A stretch of 64,000 bases of DNA from positions 78,926,001 to 78,990,000 of the forward strand of contig OX597814.1 of NCBI GenBank assembly GCA_951406725.2, in the 5' to 3' direction. This stretch comes from Octopus vulgaris (Eukaryota). Below the pieces are notes generated by a model that was not told the DNA's origin, searched no databases, and saw nothing but the letters and a program-made list of their open reading frames with translations. Positions within the stretch are counted from its first letter, which is position 1. Every line of letters begins with the position of its first letter. Both the position numbers and the translations under genes were made by a program. Of this stretch, positions 39,591 to 52,221 are shown piece after piece.

Positions 39591-40494
39591 ATTATTATCA
39601 TCATCTTTCATTTATGTAAATAACATTTTGAAACTCTCCCCATTTCCTGTCTGTATTTTCTACTTATGTATGTTCTTTCTAGCTTACCTGATCGATTTAT
39701 CTGTTATTTCTGTCTTATCAATCTATCTATCAGTTTATCTTTTCTATCAATCTGTCTTTCCTGTTTCACTGTCTACCTGTCTGTCAGTCAATGTATGTAT
39801 GTTTGTATGTTGTATGTGTAAATATATATATGTAAAGAGAGGTAAAGAGAGAGAAAGAGAGAGGGTGACAGATAAACTGCATGTAGGCAGACAGATATAC
39901 ACACAGAGTCACACACAGACACATAGAATGTGAATGCCCAATTTGGAAAGTAACTATAAATGGTCCAGAATGAACAACAAACAAAAAAATTTATGATGTT
40001 TCATGTAAGAAATGAATTTGCTTGCCAATACTTTCATAACAGTCCAGTGCCTAATGCACTGTGCTAAGCACTCATTATTAAAAATATATTTTGTAATTTA
40101 ATCATGTAAATAACATATATGTAATTAATTAAATTGACTAACACTGGAATAAGATGTGAAACCAACTCATTTTGTCTGAAACTGACACTATTATCACTTA
40201 TTCTTGAATTTCTTTAATAATTTGAAAAAATGAGTAGAAGTGGGAAGTAAACCACTTAAGGAAATAAATTCTTCTGATAATGTATGGAAACTGGAATACT
40301 TAGAGAAGACTGAAACATCCAGATATTGAAACTGCAAGGCATTCAGTGATAAATTATATAAAAACAGATACAACAGATAGTGGGTATGCAGGTATTTTGA
40401 AAATACCTCATGGAGTGATGACTATGCCCTGCATAATTACAGGCTGCCCTTTGGCAAGGCATAGCATCCATTCAGCCACCCTGCCAGGGACTGA

Positions 40495-41700
40495 CAATTT
40501 GAAGATCTTGAAATGAACTTGAACTTCTTACTTTATGGAAATGATATACAAAGAAGTATTCATATTAATTGGAATCACTTGTTAAGGTTATCTCTGTAGA
40601 TTTCCTATAAAAATTATAACCAGCACTGATTTGTTACAACAAATCAGTGTACTGCTATAATTTCTGTAGAAAATCTGTTGATATAACTTTAACAAGTGAT
40701 TTAATAGCACTGCAAACACAGTAGAACACAGTTAGTCATTTATAAAGCATTTAATATACTTTATAGTATATTATGGTTGCATAATGAAATACTGTGTCCC
40801 TACAAGTCATCAATATTAATTGGAATGTACAGTATATTCTCTTCCAATGACACTGTCAACATTTGTGTCAGGTTGACTTTCAACAGAGGTACCCTGCTTT
40901 CATCATCTTCATTGCTTGTTCCATGTATAGCCAGAGAACAGAACCTGATAATACAGCAATTTTTTTGCAGTGTTTTCAAAGAGACCCTATCAGCATAGGT
41001 TGGAAAAGGCTATGAGTAATGTGTCTTTCAAATTTTTACTTGCTGCACAGAAGTTACTTGAGTGAAGTAAACTCATTAACCATTTTCCAAGTGGACAGTA
41101 AGTTGCTGAATGCTGGGGTACCTTCATGAATGGGAAGATGAAAAATTGGTAGAAAACTTCATCGCTCTTGAAGCATCACCTTGTGTAAATTCATTACAGC
41201 TGTTTTGCTTCATCAGTGAAAACACTTCAGCACCAGAATCTTTGATGACATATTTGTCGAACTTACAACTGATGCATGCATTAAATGTCTTGGTTAGGAG
41301 TAAGTAGCAAGGAACTATCTATCTGCTGTTGATTTCTTACTGTCCAACCAAAATACAAAAGCCTGCACCATTTGATGTTCTTCTGTAAGAGGGCTACCCA
41401 TCCTCACCTATCTGGAATCTTGGATATATTTGTTGTCTTGTATGCTAAATGAGGCCACCTCAAGAACCATTAACTATCTGTGTTTTAACAATACTGATGA
41501 GCCCTTTCTTCTTTCAAAAGTCTGAAATCTCTGCAGATATGATGGAGCAAATCTTACATGTTAACTAGATCAAAATCTGTACATGTGGCAACCCCATTTT
41601 TCCTCTGGTATTAGTGATAAGGGAAAGGTCATTTAGATGAAATTGTGGCATAAAGGAGAACATTTGATCCTTACTATAATTTGAATGTGCATCCACAAAA
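40495..41700 (-). pseudogene. Helitron Rep (HUH endonuclease) remnant
   Basis: Minus-strand motifs in order: GLPHVQILI (degenerate PHxH), EDG*PSYRR, R*IVPCY.LLTKTFNA, KYVIKD, PIHExYPSIQQLTVHLENG, IGREYTVH, VRSSSSFQDL; many stops and frameshifts. Confidence 0.85.
40576..40812. mobile_element. Unclassified 237-bp hairpin-containing insertion with 14-bp TSD
   Basis: ATATTAATTGGAAT at 40562-40575 and 40813-40826; removing the insert restores the Rep reading frame. Confidence 0.7.
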
Positions 41701-41843
41701 TTTAACTTTCTGACTAAATTAAATTCATTTGTTATATTAATTTCCAGCTGACATACATACGTAATCAGCAGCAGCAGACTAACATTAATCACACCTGGTA
41801 AACAGCATATATATATAATATATATATATATATACGTATATGT

Positions 41844-43337
41844 CATAATCATCATCATCGTTTAACGTCCGTTTTCCGCGCTAGCACAGGTTGGACGGTT
41901 CGACCGGGGTCTGGGGAGCCAGGGGCTGCCCCAGGCTCCAGTCTGATCTGGCAGTGTTTCTACAGCTGGATGCCCTTCCTAACGCCAACCACTCCGCGAG
42001 TGTAGTGGGTGCTTTTTACGTGCCACCTGCACAGGTGCCAGAGGGGTCTGGCATCGGCCACGTTCAGATGGTGCTTTTTATGTGCCACCGGCACAGAAGC
42101 CATTTGAGGTGGGGTTGGCATTGGTCACGTTCGGATGGTGCTTTTTATGTGCCACCGGCACAGAAGCCAATGGAGGCTGCACTGGCAACGGCCACGTTCG
42201 GATGGTGCTTTTTATGTGTCACCGGCACAGGTATCACAACTACTGTTTCCATTGATATTTGGTTCAATGTTCATGTACATGCACTTGACTCAACAGGTCT
42301 CCTCAAGCACAGCGAGATGTTCCGGGATCCCACGATCGGTTGGTGCTTTTTATGTGTCACCGGCACAGAAGCCAGTCGAGGCGGTGCTGGCGTCGGCCAC
42401 GCTCGGATGGTGCTTTTTATGTGCCACCGGCACAGAAGCCAGTCGGGGCGGTGCTGGCATCGGCCACGTTCGGATGGTGCTTTTTATGTGCCACCGGCAC
42501 AGAAGCCATTCGAGGCGGGGTTGGCATCGGTCACGTTCGGATGGTGCTTTTTATGTGCCACCGGCACAGAAGCCAGTGGGGGCTGCACTGGCAACGGCCA
42601 CGTTCCGATGGTGCTTTTTATGTGTCACCGGCACAGGTATCACAACTACTGTTTCCATTGATATTTGGTTCGATGTTCATGTGCCACCGGCACAGAAGCC
42701 ATTCGAGGCGGGGTTGGCATCGGTTACGTTCGGATGGTGCTTTTTATGTGCCACCGGCACAGGTATCATAACTACTGTTTCCATTGATATTTGGTTCGAT
42801 GTTCATGTACACGTACATGCACTTGACTCAACAGGTCTCCTCAAGCACAGCGAGATGTTCAGGGATCCTACGATCGGTTGGTGCTTTTTATGTGCCACCG
42901 GCACAGAAGCCAGTAGAGGTTGTGCTGGCATCGGCCACGTTCGGATGGTGCTTTTTATGTGCCACCGGCACAGAAGCCAGTCGGGGCGGTGCTGGCATCG
43001 GCCACGTTCGGATGGTGCTTTTCATGTGCCAACGGCACAGAAGCCATTCGAAGCGGGGTTGGCATCGGTCCACGTTCGGATGGTGCTCTTTGTGTGCCAC
43101 CGGCACAGGTATCACAGCTACTGTTTCCATTGATATTTGGTTCGATGTTCATGTATATGCACTTGACTCGACAGGTCTCCTAAAGCACAGCGAGATGTTC
43201 CGGGATCCAAGGTACTTTGGATGGGCAGGGGGTATGTGGAACTGGTGCCGGAAGTATCCCGGGTCTTAGTAGTCACAGCACATCTCCAGAGATCTTGGTC
43301 CTTCGCCATTGCCTCAGTGAGGCCCAACGCTCTGAGG

Positions 43338-43339
<2 letters not shown>
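41844..43339 (-). mobile_element. RTE LINE sister subfamily 3' fragment with 67-bp higher-order array
   Basis: C-terminus DLRALGLTEAMAKDQDLWRCAV; same 3' terminal ~170 bp and (GAT)n tail; 67-bp monomers (e.g. 42404/42471/42538). Confidence 0.9.
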
Positions 43340-43394
<55 letters not shown>

Positions 43395-44853
43395 TGATTG
43401 ATTGATTGATTGATTCTAGTTTCAGCTCATGAGCTGTGGCCATGCTGGGGCACCGACATATATATACAAGTATATGTCATCATCATCATCATCGTTTAAC
43501 GTCCGTTTTCCAAGCTAGCATTGGTTGGACGGTTCGACCGGTGTCTGGAAAGGCTCCAGTCTGATCTGGCAGTGTTTCTACAGCTGGATGCCCTTCCTAA
43601 TGCCAACCACTCCGTGAGTGTAGTGGATGGTTTATGTATATTTGTAGAGAGAGTGAGAAGGAGGGAGAGATGGAGGGAGGAAAGACTAAAACTCATAGTA
43701 ACAAACCTTTTAATGAGGAGACAAAAGAGGCAGGTATAACAGTAAAACACAAGGATGCAATGCTGTGGTGTAAACGGAGAATCAAGCAATTGCTACATAT
43801 AAGAGTGGGAGGAGAAGAGAACATACAAGCTTTCTCCAATATATATGTGTATGTGAGTAAGTGAGCATGAGTGTGTTTGTGAGTGAGTTAGTGTGTGTGT
43901 GTAGACGTATCCTTATAAGCCTGTCTATGTATTCAGTCATTCCAGTAATGTATCTCCAGTGTTGTATCAAGACTGGTGATGTTTTGTATTATGTCAAGTT
44001 TACAGAGTCAAAAAGACATCAAGTGACAAACACTGCAAGGCTTGTAGCTAGAGAAATGTATTGATAATGTGTCTGTATGTGTGTGTGTGTATATATATAT
44101 ATATATACACACAGGCTTGTGTGTGCATGCTTATATTAATGTGTGTGTGTGTGGGTGTGTATGGCAGGATTAAACTTTGCACAGGGGTCTGAGGTTAGGC
44201 GAGAATCTCATTTGTAGGTAACACAAGTCACCCATGAAAACAGCAGTAGTAGCAACAAGAAGACTAAGATTTCTTCCACTTTCTCTTTTCTCTCTTTCTT
44301 TCTTTCTTTCTCATTCATTTCTATCTCTCCTGGTGAGAATTAACAGCATGAGCGTAGTATACTATATATCTTTGGCATCTGCTAAGAAAAAATGAAAACA
44401 AGAAAAACACGAAGACAAGAACAAGACTACTGTTTTATGAGTGTGGCACAGGCGGAAACAGGAGTTGTTGTTGTTGTTGTTGTTGTAGTAATTTAGCCCA
44501 AGGTCAGCCCTAATCAAGCAGGTCTATGACTAAAGCTGTTCCAGCCATGACCATCCCATTATTTTCTTGTGTATAGGGAAACAAGGACCATATTATGCAT
44601 CAACTATGTATTGCCAAGATGGTAGGGTAAGACTTCCAGGAGAATTGGCTGCTATTTCTAGAAAGCTGAGTGACGAGATACAGGCAGCTCCTGCACTGCT
44701 TTATGGAAAGATTGGCAATGGAGGTCAGTGCCATTCAAACATAAAATATTAGAAACAAGTAAATAAACGGAAAGTAAAATATCAAAAATGATTGCTTCTA
44801 ATTTAGGCAAAAGGCAAACCATTTTGGAGGGGAGTGGGGCTTAGTGACTAGAT

Positions 44854-45104
44854 CAGTGGGTCTCAACCATTTTTTGCCCATGAACCCTTTTGATTCTTTT
44901 TTGCTTGGAGGTACCTCTATAGGCATTTGATGTATATAAAAAACATCATCCTGCTGTATTTTTATAATTAAATATTGATAGGAATTGTATAAAAAAAATT
45001 AAAATATTTTGTGTATTCTAGAGGTATGGACAATCTATTGCGCATAAATTTTAACAACAAAATCTTAACTGGACTTCCAACGGCCATATGGTTGAGAATC
45101 ACTC
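44854..45104. mobile_element. hAT (Charlie-like) MITE
   Basis: TIRs cagtgggtctcaacc / ggttgagaatcact; TSD not retained; a related end lies at ~19226. Confidence 0.65.
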
Positions 45105-45584
45105 AGAATGCAAAGAGTCGGAACAATTACCTCAAGGTATTTCGTCTGATGCTTTAATGATTCCGCCAACCCATGGTCATATTCACTAGGCTGTGTGGTG
45201 ATTGGTGCAGGCATGGACATGTGGTTAAGAAGCTTGCTTTGCAACCATGTAGTTCTGGGTTCAGTCTCACTAAACGACAGCTTGAGCAAGTGTCTTCTAT
45301 TATGGCCCCAGGCCAACCAATGCCTTGTGACTGACTTTAGTAGATGGATACTGTGTGGAAGTCTGTCATATATATTTATATAATGTTTTTATATATCCAT
45401 GGGCAAGTGTCTTTCTGCTTATGTCTCTGTCCCTGCCCCTCCCATTTGACAATGAGTATTGTTTTTCTTTTCTTGGAACCACTGGCATTAGTGAGGTTAC
45501 CAAGTAACCTGCAGAATCAACACAACACAGTGGTACTCTTTTTTTCTTTTACTGAGCATGGAGTTTACCCATGGACTTCATAAG

Positions 45585-45790
45585 TCCTCTGAGAGTGTTG
45601 TGATTGATTAAGAATTGCAAGTCAACAGCTGTGGAAAACACATTAGGTATGGAGTTCCAAAGGGTTAGAAAGAAGAATTGGATGTCGTAGCTAATGCAGG
45701 CTTTGAGGGGAACTGGACACAACAAGGGTGATGAGAGGGGGAGATGCCTGGGTAGAAGTGGCAAGGACAAGGAGTAGAGGCCATTATAGT
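45585..45790 (-). mobile_element. CR1/L2-type LINE 3' remnant
   Basis: FFFLTLWNSIPNVFSTAVDLQF resembles the WNxLP...DLxxFK C-terminal motif. Confidence 0.5.
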
Positions 45791-46397
45791 AGTAGTGAAA
45801 AAAGGCTGACAGGAGACAGTGTTTCTTTGAGTCAGAGGCTGAGGACGTGACTGTGACGTGGTTGTACTTTTAAGAAGCTGCTACACAGTTTCTGTCAATC
45901 CAATCTCAATCAAAGGGCTTGAGTCAACCTAAGGCTGTGGTACATGATACTTAACCAAAATACCATGCAACGAAATTGAACTGGAGATCTTGTGATTGTG
46001 AAACAAAACTGCTTAGCTATTTGGCCATGCAGCACACACACACACACACACAAGATAGATGAAAATTTCAATGTAACCACTAGACTTATTCATTCTAGCA
46101 ATTCAGTTGATCTACCACTGAAAGTCACACTAAATGTTTTAAGTTTCTTAATCTTAGAGGCATGTCTCATAAAAAACATGGAGAGAACAAAGATAAAATA
46201 CATCAACCATATGTTTCTTTTTGTCAGCAACCTCAGAGTCACAAACTGCATAATCTTGGTTTACTAGGAAGATCCAGAAACAACAACTATGTGTAATGAG
46301 GCCTCTACTCAGCAATACATAGTGGTCACTCAACCAGTGCTTATTTGCAGGCAAGCCAACCTGAAATTACACCTACCATCTTAAAACATAATAAGTA

Positions 46398-46763
46398 GGC
46401 GTAGGAGTGACTGTGTGGTAAGTAGCTTGCTTACGAACCACATAGTTCTGGATTCAGTCCCACTGCATGGCACCTTGGGCAAGTGTCTTCTACTATAGCC
46501 TTGGGCAGACCAAAGCCTTGTGAGTGGATTTGGTAAACGGAAACTGAAAGAAGCCCATTGTATATATGTATATATATATATATGTGTGTGTGTGTATGTT
46601 TGTGTGTTTGTCCCCCCAACATCACTTGACATCCGATGCTGGTGTGTTTACGTCCCTGTAACTTAGCGGTTCAGCTAAGAATAAGTCCTGGGGTCGATTT
46701 GTTCAACTAAAGGCGGTGCTCCAGCATGGCCACAGTCAAATGACTGAAACAAGTAAAAGAGTA
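46398..46763 (+). mobile_element. SINE family A
   Basis: Near-complete copy with a short internal deletion. Confidence 0.85.
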
Positions 46764-49611
46764 ACGAAAAATGCAGAAGGGAAATAAAAAATAAAAAAAA
46801 AAGATAATCAGCTTGGAATGAGCACATCATAGCAGCTGTAGCAGAACTTGAGCATAAGTATTTACAAATATTTGAAAACAGAAGTGCATGACTGTGGAAG
46901 TTGCTTACCTCCTCTCCCTTTACCTATTCCCCCATCCCTGCAAATAAACACTGTTTCTATTGTCTGCACTCACTTCTACTCACTACTCATCTCATATCTT
47001 GAAGGTGCACTCAGACACTTCATCTTCACTATTTTATTTCTTTCCAGTTCCACCTAATCATTATCACTCACTCTCTTTTAAATGTAAATAGTCACATAGC
47101 TCTTTGACAACAAGAAACCTGTTGTGCCCCTCTTCTCTCATACTTTAACCCCCTCATTTCCTAACATAAATCTCTCCACCCAGTGTTTGTAGTTATGCAA
47201 ACTGCACAGTAACACTTCTAGTACTGGTGGCATAAAAAGAAAAAAAAAATTTCACCCAGTACATACTTAATGTAGTTGGTATTAGGAAGGGCATCCCTCT
47301 GTAGAAACCATGCCAAAGCAGACACTGGACATGTGTGCAATCCCTGGATTCCTTAGATCCTGTTAAACTGTCCAACCGATGCTACTATGGAACATGAACA
47401 TAGGTATGATGATGATGGTGGTGGTGGTGATGATGATAATGACGGTGATGCTGATGATGTTGATGATGGACTTGCTGCTGGTTTTATTTACGATCTTGTT
47501 TCTAATTTATGCCACTGCAAACCATCAGTAATCTACCAACATTAATCATCTTTGTCTGTATATTAAATGTACATATTCTTGTCTATAAACATATGTGTGT
47601 CTATGAATGTGCTTGTGTATATGTATGTGTGTGAGCGTATTGGTCAACTAAGTAAAATATCAGTTTTCTACATGTCAGCTTTAAGCATTCTGTGTTTTGG
47701 TTTATTGACTGCATAATCTTTCCAAGTACTGAATCAATGACTGATAGCAGCAATGCATGTTTGTTCTTTCTGTGCAAATTATATGACCTCTATTGTAAGC
47801 CAGCTGTAATTAATTGTATTTTGGGTTTTACTTCACAGAAAATCCCACATTATCACCAGCTGACCTCAATGCTGGAAAAGAAAAATGAGCTTAGTTCATC
47901 ATGTCATGATATTCTGAAATTCCTCTCCATGAATTAAATAAATCTATTTATCTGCTGATGTTTCTACTGGAACACAGCTGGCATCTTAAGCATATAATGG
48001 ATTAGATGATCTCATCCATTCCAAGACTGGAATCACCATTCCAAAATGTAAGATACTATGAAACATATTGCATGGGAATTGATATCTTCCCCCACTTTTC
48101 ATTTTAAAACATGCACACAGAGTATTTAATTCTGCACTGTTCTGTCACAACCATATGTAATCACTGCTCTTACATTTTTGTATGCCACAAAATCAACATC
48201 ATCATCATCATCACCACCTTCATCATTGTTTAACATTTGTTTTCCATGATGGCATGGGTTGGATGGTTTGACAGGAGCTGGTCAGACTCCAATTGTCTGT
48301 TATGGCATGGTTTCTATGGCTTTATGCCCTTCTTAATGCCAACCACTTTACGAAGTGTGCTGGGTGCTATTTACGTGCCACTGCCACAGGCACGTATACA
48401 CAGCACTGGCACAAGTGCATTTCATGTGGCACCTGCACTTGTAAAGACATGCCTGTATGTATAGATGGCAGAGATTTTACTTAGCTTGATGCATCTTCTC
48501 AAGTACAGCAAATCACAACTCCTAGCTTCTTGTCATTTCCTCAGTGAGGAAATTATGTCTGTATGTATGTATATATGTATGTATGTATGCATGCATGCAT
48601 GCATGTATATAAAGGTAAGATCCAAGGATCTTACCCCTCATAGTAATAACCCCTTGTTTGGGTAATTAACACTTCCAAGGTTCTGCCAGCTATGAAACAT
48701 TGCTAGCCTGGATTTTATCTAATCCATTCCCTAAATTTGGATATATATATATATAACAAAATAATAAATAAAACATATGCATATATACATACATATATGT
48801 ACGTACCTACATCTATATGTATATATACATGCATATATAGGTACAGGACACCAAAAAAATGTCAAACACAATGAGAAACGAAAACATAAAAACAGAACCA
48901 TGGAAACGGACAATTTTTTTAAAACAACGAAAAAACAGGGTACAAGACATATAACACAAGGAAAATTCCCCTTCTTCAGCTGCCTCCGTTTCGTCTACTC
49001 TGTGTTTCGAAGGTAAAGGCGAGACACGACTTCGGTGAAATGGTCCTTCCCGCAAATCAAATTAAATAAAATTTGAGATTTTTTGCGGAGGGCTAAAAGT
49101 GGTAACAAAAACAGGACAGTAAAAACAATATAAGACAGTAAAAATACAAATAAAAATAAAAACAGTAAAAGACAGGACAAGTAGAATAACAGTAATATGA
49201 AAAGGGCTGTTAAGCCGAACAAAAGAAAAATTATTTTGAACACGTGAGAACAATTGCATAAGAAAGGGATAGGATGCTGTCTATACTTGTTGAAGGCTGT
49301 GGTCAGAAAGACAGAAGGACTCTGGTCACATGTTTTTACGTATATATATACATATATGTATGTATATATGCATATGTTTTATTTATTATTTTGTTATTAT
49401 ACGATGAAACGCCACGCATCCTCTTCCAAGTAAGTTTTATATATATATTAAGATTTAGATTTAACTTCAAAATTTAAACTGCATTTTGGGTATGTCCCTA
49501 ATAGTATGTCAGCAAAGCATGTTCGCTGTTTATGGTCACCTGATGTCAACCATGGTAATTGCACAATCATTGCTGGATCTATGTTAGGAATTCCTCAGCG
49601 CATGTTGAGTA

Positions 49612-49889
49612 TAGTAGAAACAACTGACATCAAAGATAGAGTATACTGGAAGCTTTATTAATCTGACTACTATCAACATGTTCTAGTTAAGCTTAAGAGC
49701 AAAACGTTACTTATGTAATGAGAAACTGAGTTATGTCACCTAAAGAGATGCTTCTGCACTGTGGGGTGCATTAGAATTCATTGTATAGTTTCCCACTCAC
49801 AAGGGAGCAGTGCATGATGTGTCGAAATGACTGTTATGATAAATAAAGTTTCCAGTATACTCTATCTTCCATATCAATTGTCTTTACTA
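49612..49889. mobile_element. TA-flanked MITE with ~53-bp TIRs
   Basis: ...aagatagagtatactggaagctttatt vs aataaagtttccagtatactctatctt... Confidence 0.7.
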
Positions 49890-50704
49890 TATATATACAA
49901 ACAGATATAGTAATTGCTATTGTTGTTGTGTAGATCCAGGAGGCCTATGATTGAAAGTACACCAGTTAAAACCGTCTCACCTTTTAATTAGGGATAAGAA
50001 ACCCAAGACTATATCGTTAAGTGCATACTTTCTTCTTTGAAGTGGTACTTTATGAATTGACAAAGATTTGTTCACTATTCTAAGCAGATTGATTGAAGAC
50101 ATATATATGCTGGTTTATACTGAGATATTGTCCAAGTGAGACAGACACACAGATGGGCAGTGTATGTTTGTGTGTGGGGATGATGGGCAGGGTATATGTC
50201 TGTGTGTGAACAGGCTTGTGAAGTACACACAAACACTCTCACATGACTCCCTTTTACTCTCTTTTACTTTCTTAAATATAATTGATAACATTTTATGTTC
50301 CCAAGTATACTGCTGGTTACAGTTTTCAATCTCAAGACATGAGTTACCAAGTCTATAGAATTAATGGTGCTTTACGAACAATCTACATTTCTTAGATTAA
50401 TAAAGATCGAGACTGGATTCTCATTATTTACTGAGGATGCAATGTTAGATTTAGTGAAGCTGTTGACTTAGCCACAGGTAGAGACTAATGATGCAAGTAG
50501 ATTGGTAAATGTGGAGGACTTCTCCAAATAGAAATGGAAACGGATGCTCAAGAACACAAGAAACTAACTACAGAGCACTGAACTTAAAGAAGTTTTCTTT
50601 CTATGTTGTCAGGAAGATGAAGTGAATTCATTAGCTTGTTGCCAACTGAAAGACTGTTAGAGAAGCGCAATATATTTAGAGTGGTGATATTCATCCGCAC
50701 TTAA

Positions 50705-50929
50705 ATGCGGATGTTCTGTTAGAACAAACTATGCTGTGGTAGATACTAAGAGAGAAATGCTCATTTGTTTATATCACTAGCAGGGGAGATAAATACCTGT
50801 CTTCAGCAGATCATGAGATTTCGACTTTCCTTACTCTCATCACTGATGGATGCTCGACCGCTAGTCAATATGTGAGTTCATCCAATGATATCTACTGCAG
50901 TATTGTTTGTTCTAACAGAACATCCACAT
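50705..50929. mobile_element. TTAA-flanked MITE (Kolobok- or piggyBac-like)
   Basis: TTAA at 50701-50704 and 50930-50933; ~42-bp TIRs atgcggatgttctgttagaacaaac / gtttgttctaacagaacatccacat. Confidence 0.75.
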
Positions 50930-52182
50930 TTAAGTAGGAATAAATATTACCGCTTGGTATTAATACTGCCTCTGTTGTTAATAAATCATGATCATGATCT
51001 TCATCCTCCTTTGACATCAGTTTCCCATGCTGGCATGGGTTATTTACCATGGGTTATTTACCATGGGTTATTATACACGGGTTTTACCATGGGTTATTAT
51101 ACTGGCATGGGTTATTATACACGACCAATAATGCTAGCTTAGATGCCAACAACCCAGTAATACAAACCTTACGGAATCAAATTAGGAGTTCAAATCTACT
51201 TAGTTATGGCCATCTATTTTGTTTTCTCTTCCCACCAAAGCTGAGTAAATAAACACCCATAGTACATTGGGGTTAAGTTATTCAGTTGGTCCCCTTCCAC
51301 TTATAAGATTTTTTCCCCTCCATGCCCAAGAAAGAAATCATTATATAGGCATAGAGATAAACAACCTTTTGTATTCTAAGAGTTTCAGTATTATTGAATA
51401 ACAAAAACATTCGGCGGTTGCACAGAAAACACAGCTGTAGGGTGGTGGTGGTAGTGGTGTCAAGTAGAATCCTCTATCATGATTCTAGAATTTCATGGTA
51501 AAAGAGAGGAGAAACTGTTGTTAAGAAAGTCTACAAGATAAAGATTTATTTTCTTTTTTAATTCATTCCAATGAACACTTGGATAGTAACCATGGAATAA
51601 GGAGTGCAAAACAAAAATGAGGGATGAAATTATAAATACAACAAAATAACAGTAATGGATTCTTTTTCCTAAACACAATGGCTTATTTATATGGAATTAT
51701 TGTGAAAAAAAAACAAACAAAAAACAAAAAGACTCAAGAAACAAAAATAAACAACAAAAATTGAGAAAATGAAAGGCATACGGAAAGGAAAAAAAATCAA
51801 TAGCAGTTTATTGTAAACACACTTTATAGACATTAGAGAGAATAAATAGCAGTGTTGACTGCATTAAGATTAGAAGTTAGAACTGTAAACCATATTCATC
51901 TATTTAATTCCAATAAAATATTTTGCTAATATCTAGCTGTCTGTCTGTATGTATGCGTGAGTGTATTTCCTAATATGGTTCAAGGTTCAGTCCCACTGCA
52001 TAGTACCACTTGCAGTTGTCCCCAGTCTGATCAGCAGAATGGGGACACCTTGGGAAAGTGTCTTTTACTATAGCTTCGAGTTGACCAAAGCCTTGTGAGT
52101 GGGATTTAGTAGATAGAAAATGAAAGAAGCCCATCATATGCACACGTGTGTGTGTATAAATATCTATCTATCTATCTCTCTC

Positions 52183-52221
<39 letters not shown>

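Noticed and set aside
41990-43210. CRISPR array
   Set aside because: The spacer-like segments are homologous to each other and recur; the array lies between an RTE ORF end and its tail; no cas genes; eukaryotic context.
41891-43269. MCHRHR/ATGT-repeat proteins (also at 5, 19-20 and 34 kb)
   Set aside because: Open in several frames on both strands; monomer lengths vary without regard to multiples of three.
47700-48130. CR1-like RT remnant on minus strand
   Set aside because: Only weak motif resemblance (IVSYILEW..SWN); insufficient to call.
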